Below, in pieces: positions 62,202 through 64,000 of a stretch of 64,000 nucleotides of DNA. A program made the position numbers and the translations under genes. Origin of the DNA: the human T2T-CHM13v2.0 reference genome, Homo sapiens; the NCBI RefSeq assembly GCF_009914755.1, contig NC_060932.1, one strand, 5' to 3'. Positions within the stretch are counted from its first letter, which is position 1; each line of letters starts with the position of its first letter. The notes under the pieces are model-generated. The model was not told the DNA's origin and made no database searches. It worked only from the letters and a program-made list of their open reading frames with translations.

Positions 62202-64000
62202 AGAATAGCAATTCATGGTTTTGTTTGGTCAGCAACTACTGCACCCTAGTGATGATGAATTCTCTAGCAGATTGGAAAGATACTTAGGGAGGGAAAAAAG
62301 ATGAAGGATCTCTGGAAATAGGAAAATATTTAAGAAATTCTATAAGTAAAAATGAGTAATTTTATGTCAGAATAAAATAAAATTTGGCTGAATTTATAGT
62401 TCTCCATCTGCCTGCTTGCACCTATTTGGGGCTTATTTTACCTTTGTGGTTACCCTGAGAAGCATGGTATGGCTGGAGCCTAAGTGAGTTCTTTGTTTTC
62501 CAACCACATTGTCCTCTTTTCTTTTTATAAAATACATCAAATTCCTTGCAGGTTTGTCTGTCTGGAGTACTTACCCACCTTCTTTACTTAGTAAAGTACT
62601 ACTTCTTTTTTAGGTGTCCATTTAAGTTCAAATCCTTGAAGAACTTTTATTTTGTAATAAAGATTAGATTCATATCTCCTGTTAAACACTCTTATAGTAT
62701 TCAGGATATACCTTCTAAGTGGTACATGTGGGGCGGCCAGCAGAAGAAGATTTTGTATTAGGTATCACATTTGAGAGGAAGGAGGCCCCGTGGAAAAAGC
62801 TTCATCAAAAGAAAACAAAAGAGGTGTTTATATGTTTCTCAAAAGGCATGTATCTATGTGTTGGTGAAAACTGCCTTAATAAGTATTACATGTCTAATGT
62901 GTGTATACTAACATGCAGCTCTACGAAATATACAAAAAAGTTAAGCATATAGCCTATGCTTTTGAAAGCTTGAGATATATTTGGGGAAGTAACTATGAAG
63001 GGATGTCCCATGTAGCCTCATATGGAGCATAAAATAATGAAATGCTATTTATTATATGTCATGTATGGGACTGGCCTGTATGGGGTCATTTGAGTGCTAA
63101 GACAAGATTTCTTTAATTTGCAGTACTTTCCCACAATATTCATATGAGTTAATACATTATACTTAGGAAATTGCCCCTAAGATAATTAAATTAAAAATAT
63201 ATTACCATATTAACATGTAAACACAAATTGGTTTAAATGTTCTCTAGCAAAGATCAAATCTAGGACAGAGAAACAGGAGAAGAAAACAGGAAAATGGGGC
63301 TCAGAGCAGGGGAATGCTGTGTTGTTTAAAAGCCCTGGATGTCAAGATCTAAGGAAAAGATAAAAAAAATAGAACCACCACCAAATATAAATATTTATTT
63401 CCATATCTCACAATTTTTTCCTAGGCCATTGCTGGTGACAGACTTTCCAGTCCTTTTCAGAACTTACTCATCACATCCTTTTCATGCTTGTTATTTTGAT
63501 CCTGAACATCCTTGCAATTCAAAGAGCATACAGAGGCAGAGTGAAATTAGCATAATGTCACCTATTGCTATGATGCTCGTTACCTCTACCTCCAGAACAT
63601 GCCAAGGAGGCTTCCAGGAGCCCCAGAAACACAGAACAGCAAATCTTCAAAAGCCCAGTGCCCAGAGCAGATAGAGAAGAAAATTCTATTTTGAAATCCA
63701 TAAAGAATCTCATAATTCCTTGCAATATCTAGTCCCAATTGTGTGGGTGACAAACTGACCTATGGCAGAATTAGGAATGTGAATAGGAATGAGGCTTGGA
63801 GTTCCCCGTTCCTGCTGCCCTAACTCCCACTGGAATGTAATTTGTACAAAGAGTGACGACATGTGAAGATGTAAAAAAGAGGACTAGAGATGTCCTCCTG
63901 AGCTGCACAAGGAAGAAAGCTTTTTATGACCATCCAATTCTGCAAAGGACCTAGTTTCCCAGTGCTTATTACCATAAGGATGCAGAAAGAAAAAAGTTCA

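Overview
Primate (probably human or ape) non-coding genomic DNA: AT-rich, CpG-depleted, with no CpG island. I found no supportable protein-coding exon, RNA gene, pseudogene or CRISPR/prokaryotic feature. Most ORFs in the six-frame track are Alu, L1, LTR or microsatellite translation artefacts; the rest match no protein I recognise. The window is a layered mosaic of transposable elements: ~44 Alu-family pieces (J, S, Y and monomers, many with readable target-site duplications, TSDs), old L2/MIR/L1M fragments, DNA transposon relics (Tigger3, Tigger2a, MER5A, MARNA-like), MaLR solo LTRs (THE1 x2, MST x2), two MER50 solo LTRs, a MER67-like LTR fragment, a 5'-truncated L1PA15/16-like copy, and a ~9.3 kb degenerate one-LTR ERV1 provirus (42.7-52.0 kb) carrying nine nested insertions. 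Repeat-poor stretches (about 21-24, 32.2-33.4, 35.4-40.1 and 55.8-60.1 kb) are the best candidates for regulatory function. I did not find a convincing previously undescribed biological system. The most notable observations are structural: re-used Alu target sites (triple TSDs), a near-abutting inverted Alu pair, a perfect 19-bp inverted repeat in unique DNA, an intact DUX4-type motif in a THE1 LTR, and a chimeric Alu at the point where the provirus is truncated. Family names come from recall of consensus sequences, not from a database search, so subfamily calls are approximate.
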